Part shown: piece by piece, positions 1 to 15,961 of the stretch
How the letters are laid out: every line of letters starts with the position of its first letter
Numbering within the stretch: the stretch's first letter is position 1
Origin: the human T2T-CHM13v2.0 reference genome, Homo sapiens
Length of the DNA: 64,000 nt
Assembly: GCF_009914755.1 (NCBI RefSeq)
Contig: NC_060942.1
Direction: 5' to 3' (one strand)
The notes under the pieces: model-generated
What the model was told of the DNA's origin: nothing
The model's input: only the letters and a program-made list of their open reading frames with translations
Database searches by the model: none
Program-made: the position numbers and the translations under genes

Positions 1-130
1 TGTATTTTTAGTAGAGATGGGATTTCACCCTGTTGGCCAGGCTGGTCTTGAACTCCTGATCTCAGGTGATCCACCTGCCTCAGCCTCCCAAAGTGCTGGG
101 ATTTACAGGCATGAGCCACCACACCCGGCC
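1..130 (-). mobile_element. Alu (partial, window edge)
   Basis: Reverse-complement Alu left arm. Confidence 0.95.
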
Positions 131-590
131 CAGATGTGCTTGCTCTTTAGTAAACAGATTGGAAGGAACACCAAAACAAATTGCATAAAAGGGGGTTATG
201 GTGAGAGTATGAGTGACCTTTCCGGCTAAACCCCAAAGAGGCTCCAGTTGCAGCTTTATGGAGTGTGGGTGTGAGAAATGAATTTGAAAATAGCGAGATT
301 ATTTGAAGATCTGTCTGTAGAACAGCTGTATGATTTGATAACCAATTCCCTCCTCCATTCGTCAGAAAAAGTTCCAAGTAATTAAGAAGTTTCTCTAGGA
401 AAAAGAAATTGGAGAATTTCTTTCTAGAGAAATTGAAGGGAACTAGCTGAAAAGAAGTAGGGCCACTGATGTGTTATTGGTACCCAGGCAAGGCCTCCTC
501 ATTCAGGCATTGTAGGGAGGGAAGGTGTCTCCAGCCTAATGACTAGATGCGAAAGAAAAATAGAATAAGTGTAGCTTAAAAGAAAGAACG

Positions 591-902
<312 letters not shown>

Positions 903-1067
903 GAAAGAACGAAGTAAAAAGCAGACCAAGGAGGAAATATTTAGGACATAAAAGAAATCTTTTAAAAACTGATTGTTATCTTTTAGAAAAAGTTAACAAA
1001 GTATCATGTCTGTATTATGAAAAACAATCAGAATAAGAAAGCTTTTGCAAATTTAAAATTCAAATGG

Positions 1068-1649
<582 letters not shown>

Positions 1650-2480
1650 GCAATTGGAAAAATAATAAGAGAGTCTGAAAATATTATTGGAGTGTCATAG
1701 AATATAGTGAAAACAGGCAGATAATATAACAGGGAAAGAATAGGCACTCCAGAAGAATTAAAAAAAAAAGAAAAAAGGAAGGAGGGAAGAAATTATCGAA
1801 TAGTAGAAGAAAAATTACCAAAGCTGAGAAAAAAAACAGTGAGTCCTTAGGTTGAAAGAGCCTTCAGAATGCTGAGTGAGATGAGTGAAAAAAGACCTAC
1901 ATGTGGCACATCTTCACAAAATTTTACAACTTCTAGGTTAAAAAATATTCTAAAATATTTCAGAAAGAATAATAGAGTTTGTATACAAGAAGTTAAAAAT
2001 CACACTGCCATCAGACTTCTCATCAGTATCACTGGGCCAATGACTTAAGTGGTTGGTGGGAAAACTGTTTTGACCTGTCAAATTATCAGGAATGTGAATG
2101 TAAAATAGAAACATTTTTAGACAAATAAGAACTCAAAGTTTACTTCTCACCTACCGTTTCTAAAAGAATTAGTAGAGGATCAATCAAACAAAACAGGATA
2201 GAAAACCAAGAAAGATAACAACATGGGTTGAAGGAAGCAATAGCTTTAACCAGGAGTTCAGTTAAGGATAGCTGCAGAATGATAAGCACACAGGAGGCAT
2301 GGGATGAAGCATTCTGACTGAAGCAGTAAGTGAAGAGAAGAAAGAAACTGGGTTCAAGCATATCATTGAGAAGCAGAATAAGTTTTCAAGATATGCTGAA
2401 ACATTTTTGTGTGCTACAGAGAAAGAAAATTCCAAGCATAGAAATGCCAAGAAAAAACAAAACTGAACAAGAAAATAATT
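1650..2480 (+). mobile_element. Ancient L1 ORF1-region remnant
   Basis: A-rich, with L1 ORF1-like motifs such as CATCAGACTTCTCATCAG; highly diverged. Confidence 0.5.
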
Positions 2481-2665
2481 CTCCATAAAGGAATTAAATT
2501 TGGCGTTAATTTTTTATTATAAAAATATTGAAATATACACAGAAGTGGAGAGAATAGCATAATGAACTGTATATCCCTCACGCAGGTTCAGCAGTGGTCC
2601 AGAATATGCCACATTCACTTTATCCTTTTTTATTTCTTTGCTAAAGTATTTAAAAGCAAATTGCA

Positions 2666-2968
<303 letters not shown>

Positions 2969-3896
2969 GCAAATTGCAGACAGCAAATACGTTTTACCCC
3001 TACTTTCTTTCAGTGTCAATCTGTAAAAAAAGGTGGACATTGACTTTTCTAATCATAATGCTGTTGTAACACCTAACAAAATTAACAATAATTTCTTGGT
3101 GAAATCTAAAATTCAGTTCATGATCAGGTTTCTCCAGATGTCTCAGTGTTTTTATAGTTCACTTGTTCAAATTAATTCAAAATTCTTGTATTGAATCTGC
3201 TTGTTGTGTTTTTCATCCAGATTGACCCTCCTTTCATTTCTGTCATGCCACTTGACAATGAAGGAACTGTATCAGTTGACCTATAGAATAGCCCACATTC
3301 CGGATTTGACTGCTTCCTGTGGTATCCTTTAACTTGTTCCTCTGCCCCTCTGTATTTCTAGTTATTTGAAGTTAACTATAAGAAAATGATTAGATTTAGG
3401 TTTAATATTTGTTGGCAAGAACATCTCTCAGGTCATGCCATGTGAAATGTAGCATGGTTTTCACTGTTTTATGAAGTTCAAAGAAAAGTTCACTTTATCT
3501 CAAAATCAGAAGTATTGTCCTTTGACAATATGACATTGAACAAGGAAGTCCTACCATACTGACTGTTCTGTCATAAACAATTTTCATAGGATTATGTTAA
3601 GGTAACTACTTTTACTGGTTTTCAACTTTTAGAATCAATGTATGAGACAAGGCTGCATTGTGAATTTGCTACAGAATATGGTTATCAAGTTTGTCATATA
3701 GAATTTGGAGAAGTTGGCTAGGGAAAGTGGAAAAGACCTTAGTATCTTTAACAGCAAATCAGGGACATTAGTTTTACTAGTTTTAGTGCAGTATATTGAG
3801 ATTTAAATTATGAATGTTTTTGTCCTAAATTTGTTAAATGCACAAAACTGCCCCCAAATTGTTTTGATATAATGAAATATCTGATAATGAGCTTTC

Positions 3897-4499
<603 letters not shown>

Positions 4500-5339
4500 T
4501 AGTTGTATAATATGAGCATTCTAAGTATTATTTGCTTTTTGATACCACTTAAAGATTACGTATAGATATAGTTATTAGAAAGAGTAGTAGACATGAAATC
4601 AGGAGGCTACATCATGATCTTGGCTCTGATCCTAGATGACATAATATTGGACAAGTCATTTGACTTATCTGCACCTATTTCTTCTTTTTATGAATAAAGG
4701 GATCAGATTTGATCATTTAATCCATGATCCTGTCATACAACCTAAGTTATTCAAGTTCAGCTGTATTGAAAAATGTGATGAAGAGCACACACAACTTTGT
4801 TCTCCTCAGCTCTCGCCATGATCCTTAAACTAACAAAATGAGGAAATAGATGGTTTTTTTCTCCTCCCTGAATTTATAAAAACAGGAATTTATAAATTTG
4901 GTTTAACTTTTTAAACTTTTAATCTGAGGAAGAACTGAAACTCCATCTTACACCTAATAGATGCGAAACAAAAATGAAACATAATTTAGCTTTCAAAAGT
5001 ATAGCCATACCCCACGGAAATATTGCTGATTTGGTTCCAGATCACTGCAGTAAAGCGAAGGTCCCAATAAAGTGAGTCACGCAAATACTTTGGTTTCCCA
5101 GTGCATATAAAAGTTATTTTACACTATAGTGTAGTTTATTAAGTGTGCAATTTTATTATGTCTTAAAAAATACGTACCTTAAATACAAAATACTTTATTG
5201 TTAAAAAATGCAAAAAATCATCTAAGCCTTCAGGCAGTTGTAATCTTTTTGCTGGTGGAGGCTCTTGCCTAGATCTTGATGGCTGCTAATTGATCAGGCT
5301 GGTGGTTGCTGAAGGCTGGAGTATCTGTGACAGTTTCTT

Positions 5340-5780
5340 TCTTCTTCTTCTTCTTTTTTTTTGAGATGGAGTCTCGCTCTGTCGCCCAGGCTAGAGTGCA
5401 GTGGCGCGATCTCGGTTCACTGCAACCTCCGCCCCCCCAGGTTCACGCCATTCTCCTGCCTCAGCCTCCCGAGTAGCTGGGACTACAGATGCCCACCATC
5501 ATGCCCGGCTAATTTTTTGTATTTTTAGTAGAGACGGGGTTTCACCACGTTAGCCAGGATGGTCTCGATCTCCTGATCTCATGATCCGCCCCCCTCGGCC
5601 TCCCAAAGTGCTGGGATTACAGGCGTGAGCCACTGCGCCCAGCCTTCTTTCTTCTTTTTTTAAATAGAGATGGAGTCTCACTATGTTGCCTAGACTGGTC
5701 TCAATTTCCTGGCCTCAAGCAACCCTCCAGCCTTAGTCCCCCAAAGTGCTGAGATTACAGGCATGAGCCATCACACTGGC
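5340..5780 (-). mobile_element. AluY inserted in the tail of an older Alu monomer, both inside Tigger1
   Basis: AluY-type GTTCACGCCATTC / AGGATGGTCTCGATC; outer TSD TG(A/G)CAGTTTCTT. Confidence 0.85.
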
Positions 5781-5913
5781 TGGCAGTTTCTTAAAATATG
5801 GTAACACTGAAGTTTGCTGCATCAGTTGACTCTTTCTTTCATGAAATAGCTCTCTGTTACATGTCATGCTATTTGATACTATTTTACCCACAGTAGAACT
5901 TCTTTCAAAATTA

Positions 5914-6215
5914 GGCCAGGTGCAGTGGTTCATGTCTATAAACCCAGAGCTTTGGAAATCTGAGACAGAAGGATAGCTTCAGGCCAGGAGTTTGAGACAA
6001 GCCTGGACATCATAGTGAGACCCCATCTCTACAAAAAATGGAAAAAATTAGCTGGGCGTGGTGGTGCACACCTCTAGACCTAGCTACTTGGGAGGCTCAG
6101 GTGGGAGGATCCACTTGAATCCAAGAGTTCAATGCTGCAGTGAGTTATGATTGTGCCACTACACTCCAGCTTGGGTGATAGAGTAAGACTCTCTCTCAAT
6201 AAATAAAAATAAAAA
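5914..6215 (+). mobile_element. AluJ inside Tigger1
   Basis: Diverged Alu with J-type GGAGGATCCACTTG. Confidence 0.85.
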
Positions 6216-6708
6216 ATTGGAGTCAATCCTGAAACCCTGCACTGCTTTAACAACTAGGTTTACGTAACATTCTAAATCCTTTGTGGTCATTTCAACAATG
6301 TTTATAGCATTTTCAGTAGGAGTAGATTCCATCTCAAGAAACACTTCCTTTGTTCATCCATAAGAAGCAACTCCTCATTTGTTCAAGTTTTATAATGAGA
6401 TTGCAATAATTCAGTCACATCCTCAGGCTCCGCTTCTAATTCTAGTTGTTTTGCTATTTCCACTACATTTTCAGTAATTTTCTCCACTGAAGTCTTGAAC
6501 CCCTCAAAGTCATCCATGAATGTTGTACTCAACGTCTCTTCTAAACTCCTGATAATGTTGATAGTTTAACATCCTCCCATGAATCATGAATGCTCCTAAT
6601 GGCATCTAGAATAGTGAATCCTTTCCAGAAGGCTTTCAATTTAGTTTGCCCAGATCCGTCAGAGGAATCATATCTATGGCAGCTATAACCTTACAAGATA
6701 TATTTCTT

Positions 6709-6926
6709 GTCAGAATACAACCACAACAGTTATCAATTGAGCTTGCATATGGAGGCACTTCCTGCTGCCGCAAGACAATTACAATAGTAACATCAAAGAT
6801 TAGTAATCACAGATCACCATAACAGTTATAATAATAATGAAATGTTTGAAATATTGCAAGAATTACCAAAATGTGACACAGAGACACAAAGTGAGCACAT
6901 GCTATTGGGAAAATGGCACTGATAGA
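6709..6926 (+). repeat. 218-bp direct copy of 8110-8327
   Basis: 6 mismatches in 218 bp by manual alignment; flanked by AGATATATTTCT. Confidence 0.95.
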
Positions 6927-8735
6927 TATATTTCTGAGATAATAAGACTTGCAAGTTGAAATGACTCTCTCAACCTTGGGTTTCAGAACAGCTGCTGTGT
7001 TAGCAGGAATGAAAGCAACATTAATCCCCTTGTACGTCTTCATCAGAGCTCTTGAGTAACCAGGTACATTGTCAGTGAGCAGTAATATTTGAAAGGAATC
7101 ATTTTTTCTGAAAAGTAGGTCTCAACAGTAGACTTAAAATATTTAGTAAACCATGCTATAAACAAATGTGCTGTCATCCAGGCTTTGTTGTTCCATTTCT
7201 AGGGTACAGGCAGGGTAGGTTTAGCATAAATCTTATGGATGCCCTAGGGTTTTTGGAATAGTAAATTAGCATTGGCTTCAACCCAAAGTTACCAGCTGCA
7301 TTAGACCCCAACAACGTAGCCTGTTCTTTGAAGCTTTTGAAACCAGGCATTGACTTCTTTCTAGCTAGGAAAGTCCTAGATAGCATCATCTTACAATAGA
7401 AGGTTGTTTCATCTACATTGAAAATCTGTTGTTTGGTGTAGCCACCTTCACCAATGACTTAGCTGGATCTTCTGAATAACCTGCTGCAGTTTATACATCA
7501 GCACTTGCTGCTTCTCGTTGCACTTTTATGTTATAGAGATGGCTTCTTTCCTTAAACCTCATGAACCAATCTCTGCCAGCTTCAGACTTTTCTTCTGTAG
7601 CTTCCTTACCTCTCTCAGCCTTCACATAATTGAAGAGAGGGCCTTGCTCTGGATTGAACTTTAAGGGAATATTTTGGCTGGTTTGATCTATCCAGACCAC
7701 TCAAACTTTCTCCATATCAGCAATAAGGCTGTTTCACTTTCTTAGCATCCATGTGTTCAGAGTAACACTTTTCATTTCCTTCAAGAACTTTTCCCTTGCA
7801 TTCCCAACTAGGCTGTTTGGCACAAGTGGCCTAGCTTTTGGCCTGTTTTAGCTTTCAACATGCCATCTTCACTAAGCTTTCTTCTTCTTTTTCTTTTTTT
7901 TGGCTTAAAAAATACTGGGTTATTTGTTTGTTTACTGTGAAAGAGAGCAGACAGACATTTCTAACTTTTTTAATTTAAAGTGAGAGACGTGAACACTTGG
8001 AGACCATAGTACGGTTACTAATTGGTCTTATTTCAATATTGCTGTGTCTCAGGGAAAAGGAGGCCAAAAGAGAGGGAGAGATACAGGAGAATGACCAGTT
8101 GGTGGAGCAGTCAGAATACAACCACAACAGTTATCAGTTGAGCTTGCATATGGAGGCACTTCCTGCTGCTGCAAGACAATTACAATAGTAACATCAAAGA
8201 TTAGTAATCACAGATCGCCATAACTGTTATAATAATAATGAAATGTTTGAAATATTGCAAGAATTACCAAAATGTGACACAGAGCCACAAAGTGAGCCCA
8301 TGCTATTGGGAAAATGGCACTGATAGACTAGCTCAGAGCAGGGTTGCCACAAACCTTCAATTTATAAAACACACAGCATCTATGAAGTCCAGTAAAATAC
8401 AGCGCAATAAAATAAGGTATGCTTATATAATGCTCACAAAAAGAAACACAGAGGGTTCTGTTCCAGTAACTATTGCTACTAAACAAGCTACAACAAAACA
8501 TAGTGGCTTAAAAGAACAAGAATCATTTCCTTAGCTCCCAAGTCTGCCTTTGGGGCTGAGTTTTGTGGGGATACCTCCTCTCTGATCCACTTGGTGTCAG
8601 CTGGGACAGCTTGAAGGCTGGGGCTGATTAAACACTGTGTCACCTTGCCCCTTTATAGCAAAACTCACTGAAAAAGTTTTCTATACTCTGTCTCTGATTC
8701 TCTCCTGCCATTTTTCTCCTTTTAAAATTATTTTT

Positions 8736-9044
8736 ATTTCCATCTGTTTATTTTTTTTAGAGACTGGGTCTTACTCTGTCACCCAGGCTGGAGTGCAGTG
8801 GCACAGTCATAGTTCACTGCAACCTTGAATTCCAGGGCTCAAGTGATCCTCCCACTTCAGCCTCCTGAGTAGCTGGGACTACAAGCACGCATCATCATGC
8901 TCAGCTAATTTTTTTGTTTGTTTTGATAAAGACAGAGTCTCACTATATTGTCCTGGCTGGTCTTGAACTCCTAGCCTGAAGCAGTCCTCTCACCTCTGCG
9001 TCTCAAAGTGCTGGGATTAAAGGCATGAGCTATGATGTCTGACC
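8736..9044 (-). mobile_element. AluJ
   Basis: Diverged reverse-complement Alu. Confidence 0.9.
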
Positions 9045-9154
9045 TAAAATTATTTTTTAATAATTCATTTTGAAATAATCTCAAATATAGAGAAATTTGC
9101 CAGAAGGATAAAAAGATTTATATTTTCCTTCACCCAGATTCCCCAGTTATTAAT

Positions 9155-9886
9155 ACAGCCACTATGGAAAACAGTATGGAGCATCCTCAAAAAACCACAA
9201 ATAGAACTACCATATCCAGCAATCCCATTACTATACATTTATGCTAAGGAAAGGAAATCAGTATATCGAAGAGACATCTGCACCTCTGTGTTTATTGCAG
9301 CAGTATTCACAATTGCCAAAATGTGGAGTCAACCTACATGTCCAACAACAGATGAATGCATAAAGAAAATGTGGTATTTATACTCAATGGAATGCTATTC
9401 ATCCACAAAAAAGCATGAAATTCTGTCATTTATGCCAACATAGATGGAACTGGAGGACATTATGTTAAGTGAAATAAGCCAGGAACAGAAAGTTAAACAC
9501 CACATGCTCTCGTTCTCACTCATATGTGGAAGTTAGAAAAAAGTTCATTCCATGCAAGTAAAAAGTAGAACGGAGGATGGTAGAGGCTGAGAAGGATAGG
9601 AGGGTAGAGGGAACAGGAGGATAGAGAGATATTTGTTAAAGGATATAAGATTACAGCTAGATAGGAGGAATGAGTTCTCTAGTGTTCTCTAGTTCTATAG
9701 GATGACTATAGTTAACAATAATGTATTATACATTTCAAATAGCTAGAAGAAGGATATTGAATGTTCCAACACAAAAATGTTTGAGATGATGGATGTGTTA
9801 ATTACCCAGATCTGATCATTATTCATGATTGTATTGAATCATCACTGTAACTCATAAGTATAATTATTATGTCAATTTACAAAAAC
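9155..9886 (+). mobile_element. L1MA-type 3' end
   Basis: ACAGCCACTATGGAAAACAGTATGG...GGAACTGGAGGACATTATGTTAAGTGAAATAAGCCAGG (L1 ORF2 end / 3'UTR). Confidence 0.85.
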
Positions 9887-9937
9887 ATTTTATCATTGCA
9901 TTTGCTTCATTGCTCAATACCCTTCCTCTCCCTACAG

Positions 9938-9982
9938 ACACACACACATGCATGCATGCACACACACGCACGCACACACATG
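9938..9982. repeat. Alternating purine-pyrimidine microsatellite (CA/CATG/CACG)
   Basis: 45 bp of uninterrupted alternation. Confidence 0.9.
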
Positions 9983-10756
9983 ATCATTCATGTTTTTTTG
10001 AATCTTTGCAAAGCAAGCTTTACAAACAATGTCCCATTACCACTAAACACTCCAGTCTATATTTTCAAACAACAAAGATATTCTCCTAAAAATTGGCATA
10101 CAGCCCTCCAAATCAGGAAGCCAATATCAATATAACATTGCTACCCAATCCACAAACCCCATTCAGTGTCACCAGCTGTCCCAATGGTACCTCTTCTTTC
10201 TTTCTGGCCCAGTGTCCTATCCACGAACATGTGATGCGTTTAGTAGTTATGTTTCTTCAGACTCATTCAATCTGAAGCAGTCCTTTAGTCTTTCTCTTGA
10301 CAGTGTTAAAGAGTACAGACCTTGATTATACAGGATTTCCCTCAGCCTTGATGTGCCTGATGTTTACTTGTGACCAGACTTATGTCACACATTCTTGGCA
10401 ACATCACCACCTCCCATCACTGGTGATGTTAACTTTGATCTTCTGATCATATCGGTGCCCGCCAGACTTCTCCACATTAAAGTCATTATTAATGACCTTT
10501 TGTAAGTGATTAGTATTTTGTGGAGAACTTTCCAAGAATACATCAGTATATTCTTATCTAACAGTCACTCATCAGACTTAATATCCATTGACCATTCCCA
10601 TCCGAATCAAACCCCTGTGATAGTGCCAAATGGTGATTTTCTGTTTCCTTTCTTCTACATTTATCAGTTGGTAAGGAATATCATTCCCTTCTCTTGTATT
10701 TATTTATATATAAGAACTTATTGATTCTTGTTTTGTTTACAAGATGGTAATCCATG

Positions 10757-11050
10757 TTTATTGATTGATTGATTGATTGACATGGGGTTGCCCAGGCTAG
10801 AGTCCAATGGTACAGTGATAGCTTACTGCTGCCTTATCTCCTGGGCTCAAGAAATCCTCCCGCCTCAGCCTCCCAAGTAGCTGGGGCTACAGGCATGCAC
10901 CACCACACCCAGCTAATATTTTTTATTTTTTGTAGAGATGATGTTTTGCTATGTTGCCTAAGCTGGTATCAAACTCCTGGGCTGAAGTGATCCTCCCACC
11001 TTGGCCTCCCAAAGTGCTGGGATTATAGGCGTGAGCCACTGCGCTCAGCT
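10757..11050 (-). mobile_element. AluJ
   Basis: Reverse-complement Alu with (TTGA)n tail. Confidence 0.9.
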
Positions 11051-11427
11051 TATTATTATTTTAATGCTCAAATTGTCTATTAGCCAGTAGGAGCCCCTTC
11101 AGTTGTCCTCCTGTGTCTCTTCAGCATGTCCCATCATTCATGGTGCACTTCCTTACTTTCTGGCACAAATGTGTTCCTGGCTCACTTTGTACTTTCCTGA
11201 CCCAGCCTTCAAATCAGTCTTTCCTCCAAGGAGCTCTGGTTCCTATTATGTATTTAAAAAACAAGATCTGAGCGTTCAGTATGCTTGAAGCTACTGGGGT
11301 AGAAGAATATCATCATTTAGGCTCACCCAGCAAAAAAAAAAAAAAAAAAAAAAGGTAGGAAAATATCCATGTGTAATCCTAGAAGTTACATAATTTTAAT
11401 GTGTTATAGCTCTGATTGCAAGGCAGT

Positions 11428-11434
11428 AACTAAC
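11428..11434 (+). promoter_or_regulatory. Candidate branch point of exon 4 (AACTAAC)
   Basis: Near-consensus yUnAy/TACTAAC with branch A at 11433, 31 nt upstream of the exon, and no intervening AG. Confidence 0.6.
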
Positions 11435-11463
11435 AAAATCTTATGATATTACCCCCAACCCAG

Positions 11464-11730
11464 GTATGTGTAATCCTCGAAATTATAGTGACACACCTCC
11501 AACTTCAAAGAGCACAGTGGAGGAGCTGCATGAACCGATCCCTTCTCTCTTCCGGGCACTCACAGAAGGAGATACTCAGTTGAATTGGAACATCGTTTCT
11601 TTCCCTGTTGCAGAAGAACTTTCACATCATGAGAATCTGGTTTCATTTTTAGAAACTGTGAACCAGCCACACCACCAGAATGTGTCTGTCCCCAGCAATA
11701 ATGTTCACGCGCCTTATTCCAGTGACAAAG
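11464..11730 (+). CDS. TWSG1: TWSG1 penultimate coding exon (exon 4), 267 bp, phase 1-1
   Basis: Acceptor ..cccag|GT ATG and donor AAAG|gtaact. Translates (G)MCNPRNYSDTPPTSKSTVEELHEPIPSLFRALTEGDTQLNWNIVSFPVAEELSHHENLVSFLETVNQPHHQNVSVPSNNVHAPYSSDK, which I recognise as TWSG1. Contains NYS and NVS sequons. Confidence 0.97.
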
Positions 11731-11894
11731 GTAACTGCCAACAGTTGACTTTTTCCATTCCGCCCCCTCATGTGGTCTGTCCATGTAATCTATAAAACCT
11801 ATATAAGACCATCTTTTGGAGCAGCCTTTTGGTTTTGAATTTGTATCATCTCACATAAATTCTAGACTCAATAACCCTGATCCCATCATATCTA

Positions 11895-12258
<364 letters not shown>

Positions 12259-12908
12259 ATAAAGAGGCATGTCAGCATATTGTCAGAATTCCTCCATACT
12301 CCTGGCAGCAGAGGCTGTACTGTATTGGAAAATAGATAATTGTTCCTAATTCTGGTATTTATTTGTGCTAGGCTTTATTCTGTTCATAAGATAGCAACAA
12401 TGCTGCTTCTCTAATAAAATATTGCTCATTGTCAGGTGACATTCAGAGTATCCCATGAAGTCAGATTTTTATAATAGCACCCGTACCAAAATGATGCCAA
12501 AGTCATTAGCTAAATTTCTTTATAAGCAAGTTGGTATTCCAGACATCTCATTTCCAGGCATAAACTAACCCCAGCCAGTTCTCTGCAAATGGGTGCTGTT
12601 GGTCAGAAAAGGAATTAAGTGAGAAAATAACTTATACAAATTACAGAAGCATATTTAAGAGCATTTATTAGTGAAGATAGGTCATATCATAATTTTGGAA
12701 TGTAAAGAGCATGTGACTTTTATAAAATCTTTGATATTTTTTGACAAAAGGCACCATATAATTTTACTGTGGAAGCATAAAGCACTTATGAAAATTGCAA
12801 TTATTTCTTAAAACATGAGGTGAATTATGTATAAATAGTATAATTTGTACTCTTACTTGACTATTAGTTGTGCCCTCCATTACATTCCTACCTATATAAA
12901 ACAGTGCG

Positions 12909-13248
<340 letters not shown>

Positions 13249-13559
13249 TTAATAGTAAAAGGCAAAACAGCTTCTGTTAAATGACAGTGTAAGATTTCTT
13301 ATTCCCTTTTAGGTTAAAGTACTTTGTAAAACAAATGCTAGATTTTGGAAAACATTAGAAACATATGGAATGCAATAATAATATGTTTTGTTATCATTTT
13401 CTCCATTATTAAAATGTAAGTAATCAACATAACAGATATTAAATAATAATTCATAAATTTTGCTCAAAGATTATTTAAATTTATGAAGCAATTAGCAAGA
13501 AGCTAATTCCTGGAAACTCCAGCTGTCTTCAAGACACAACTAAAGTTTTTTCTCTGTGA

Positions 13560-13945
<386 letters not shown>

Positions 13946-14026
13946 TGCATTTGCAGTTCTATTTGTTGTCTGTTTTTAACTTATGGATCTATCATTTTCT
14001 ACTTAGTTCTGTGGATTCTCTGATTC

Positions 14027-14204
14027 CTCTACTAAAAATATAAAAATTAGCCAGCTGTGGTGGTGCATGCTTGTAATCCCAGCTACTCGGGAGACTGAGG
14101 CAGAGAATCACTTGAACCTGGGAGGCGGAGGCTGCAGTGAGCCAAGATCACACCACTGCACTCCAGCCTGGGTGGCAGAGTGAGACTCCATCTCAAAAAA
14201 AAAA
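14027..14204 (+). mobile_element. 5'-truncated Alu
   Basis: Linker, right arm and A tail. Confidence 0.9.
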
Positions 14205-14532
14205 AGGAAATGCCCAGTTTAAAAGCACAGCTGTATAACATAGCAAATGTTTTTAAGCCCAATAATCCAACTTTTCGATCAAAGCCTGAAATCTAATAAA
14301 AGAAGCTAAGGAAGCCCTTTGCCTTCTTCAGATGGAGTGGGAGAATCTGACTTCCTTCTCAACATAATTAATAAATGAAGATCTTTTTTCCTGTACCTCA
14401 TCTTTGTCATGTACAGACCAGTAATAAGAGAACCAAGATAAATAACTGTTAATATTCAACTAGGTAATAAAGCATTTTATTTTTTTGTTTTTCTTCTTTC
14501 TTGCCCTGAAATCTTAAATTTTTGTTTTTCAG

Positions 14533-14714
14533 AACACATGTGTACTGTGGTTTATTTTGATGACTGCATGTCCATACATCAGTGTAAAATATCCTGTGAG
14601 TCCATGGGAGCATCCAAATATCGCTGGTTTCATAATGCCTGCTGCGAGTGCATTGGTCCAGAATGTATTGACTATGGTAGTAAAACTGTCAAATGTATGA
14701 ACTGCATGTTTTAA
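14533..14714 (+). CDS. TWSG1: TWSG1 last coding exon (exon 5), C-terminal cysteine-rich domain
   Basis: Polypyrimidine tract + ttttcag|AA CAC ATG. Translates (E)[59 protein letters not shown] with TAA at 14712-14714. Phase matches exon 4. Not in the ORF track. Confidence 0.97.
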
Positions 14715-15961
14715 AGAAGACAAATGCAAACCAAAGCAACTTAGTAAAATAATAGGTATAAAAAGTTATTCTGTAAGTCTGTTGGTTGTATCTTGTATCA
14801 GAATCCCAGTAAGTTAAGTTGTAAAGACTTTGGAATAAGTTTCTTTTAAAAATATGACATAGCCAGTGATGTGTTTAATTATATAACTGTTCTTACTGAT
14901 TTTATTGCCCCCTAGCAATAAGCCCTTTCCTTTGAATACATGTACAACTTTGGTCATATGAGAAGCAGGTGCGCAGAGAATTCCTTGAAAGATCTGAGGT
15001 TTTTAACATGAAGTCTGATGTGGTTTTCCTCTAGCATTCCAAAAGGTTTTTGCTTTGAAAGTGTTAGCAGAAGCATGTTGATGTGAATTATGATTTCTTC
15101 ATGTGCTACTGTTAGCACACTGAGTTTTTATAGTTGCACATCATTCCTCATTGTGCCTTGTTTTATCCATTTTATAAATAGAGTAGATATTTGATATACC
15201 ACTCTGATAACTCATATAAAAATATCATCATAAAAAGCTTAATTTCATCCCTTTTATGTTGGTTTTAAAAGGTAAATGCTTACCATATTTTATAATTGAG
15301 AACTCTTACATAGTAGAATCCATTCTATAATACATGTGTTGACAAAGCTTTAGAGAAAGTTTCCTATTCTCTTCCATTTCCCCTGCCCAAAGTGCTGACA
15401 TAGGCAGTGATGAAGAATCTTTACCAAGATTTTCAGGGTGTACCTATGAAATTGCTTTAAATGCACTGCTGGTGTAAATAATTAGCAAGCAAAAGCGTTT
15501 CTGTGACTTCAGGTACCAGCTTAAAGAGCACTAGGGATGGGGAACGAATGCCAAATCAGACTCCACCTAGAGCACCAGGAAACAGCTTGTACCCTGGTAG
15601 GGAAATGGTGTTGCTGAAAGGGGAGGCTGAGCCAGTGCGAGACTGAACTTGTGCAGCCTTAGCCAAGACAAAGCAGTGTTTTTCAGCAGACGGCTGATGG
15701 GACAGGAATTGAAGAAGAGAATTGACTCGTATGAACAGGACAGGGTGAAAATGCTGGGAATTATAATGGGAAACAAAACTATCTATGTTCATATTTTGTA
15801 ATATTTCATTTGTTAAGTTTATATCTGGATATAATGTTCTTTTTAAACAAGTATAATCATATCGTCGGAGGTTAAGATTATGAAATTTTAGAATCTCTAT
15901 TCAAGATGATGTTCACTCCAAATACACTACAGAATTTAGTCAACATTTTATATAATGTTTC

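Larger units (their letters stand above)
5002..8425 (-). mobile_element. Full-length Tigger1 DNA transposon (TcMar-Tigger), interrupted by Alus
   Basis: Both termini resemble the CAGGCATACC TIR with TA flanks. Decayed transposase fragments on the minus strand ([49 protein letters not shown]). Confidence 0.92.

Noticed and set aside
11466-11795. 109-aa ORF as a stand-alone gene
   Set aside because: It is TWSG1 exon 4 read through the donor at 11731; the ATG is an internal Met.
15407-15500. C-box (GTGATGA) suggesting a C/D snoRNA in the 3'UTR
   Set aside because: No suitably placed D box (CTGA) with a terminal stem, and the location is exonic.
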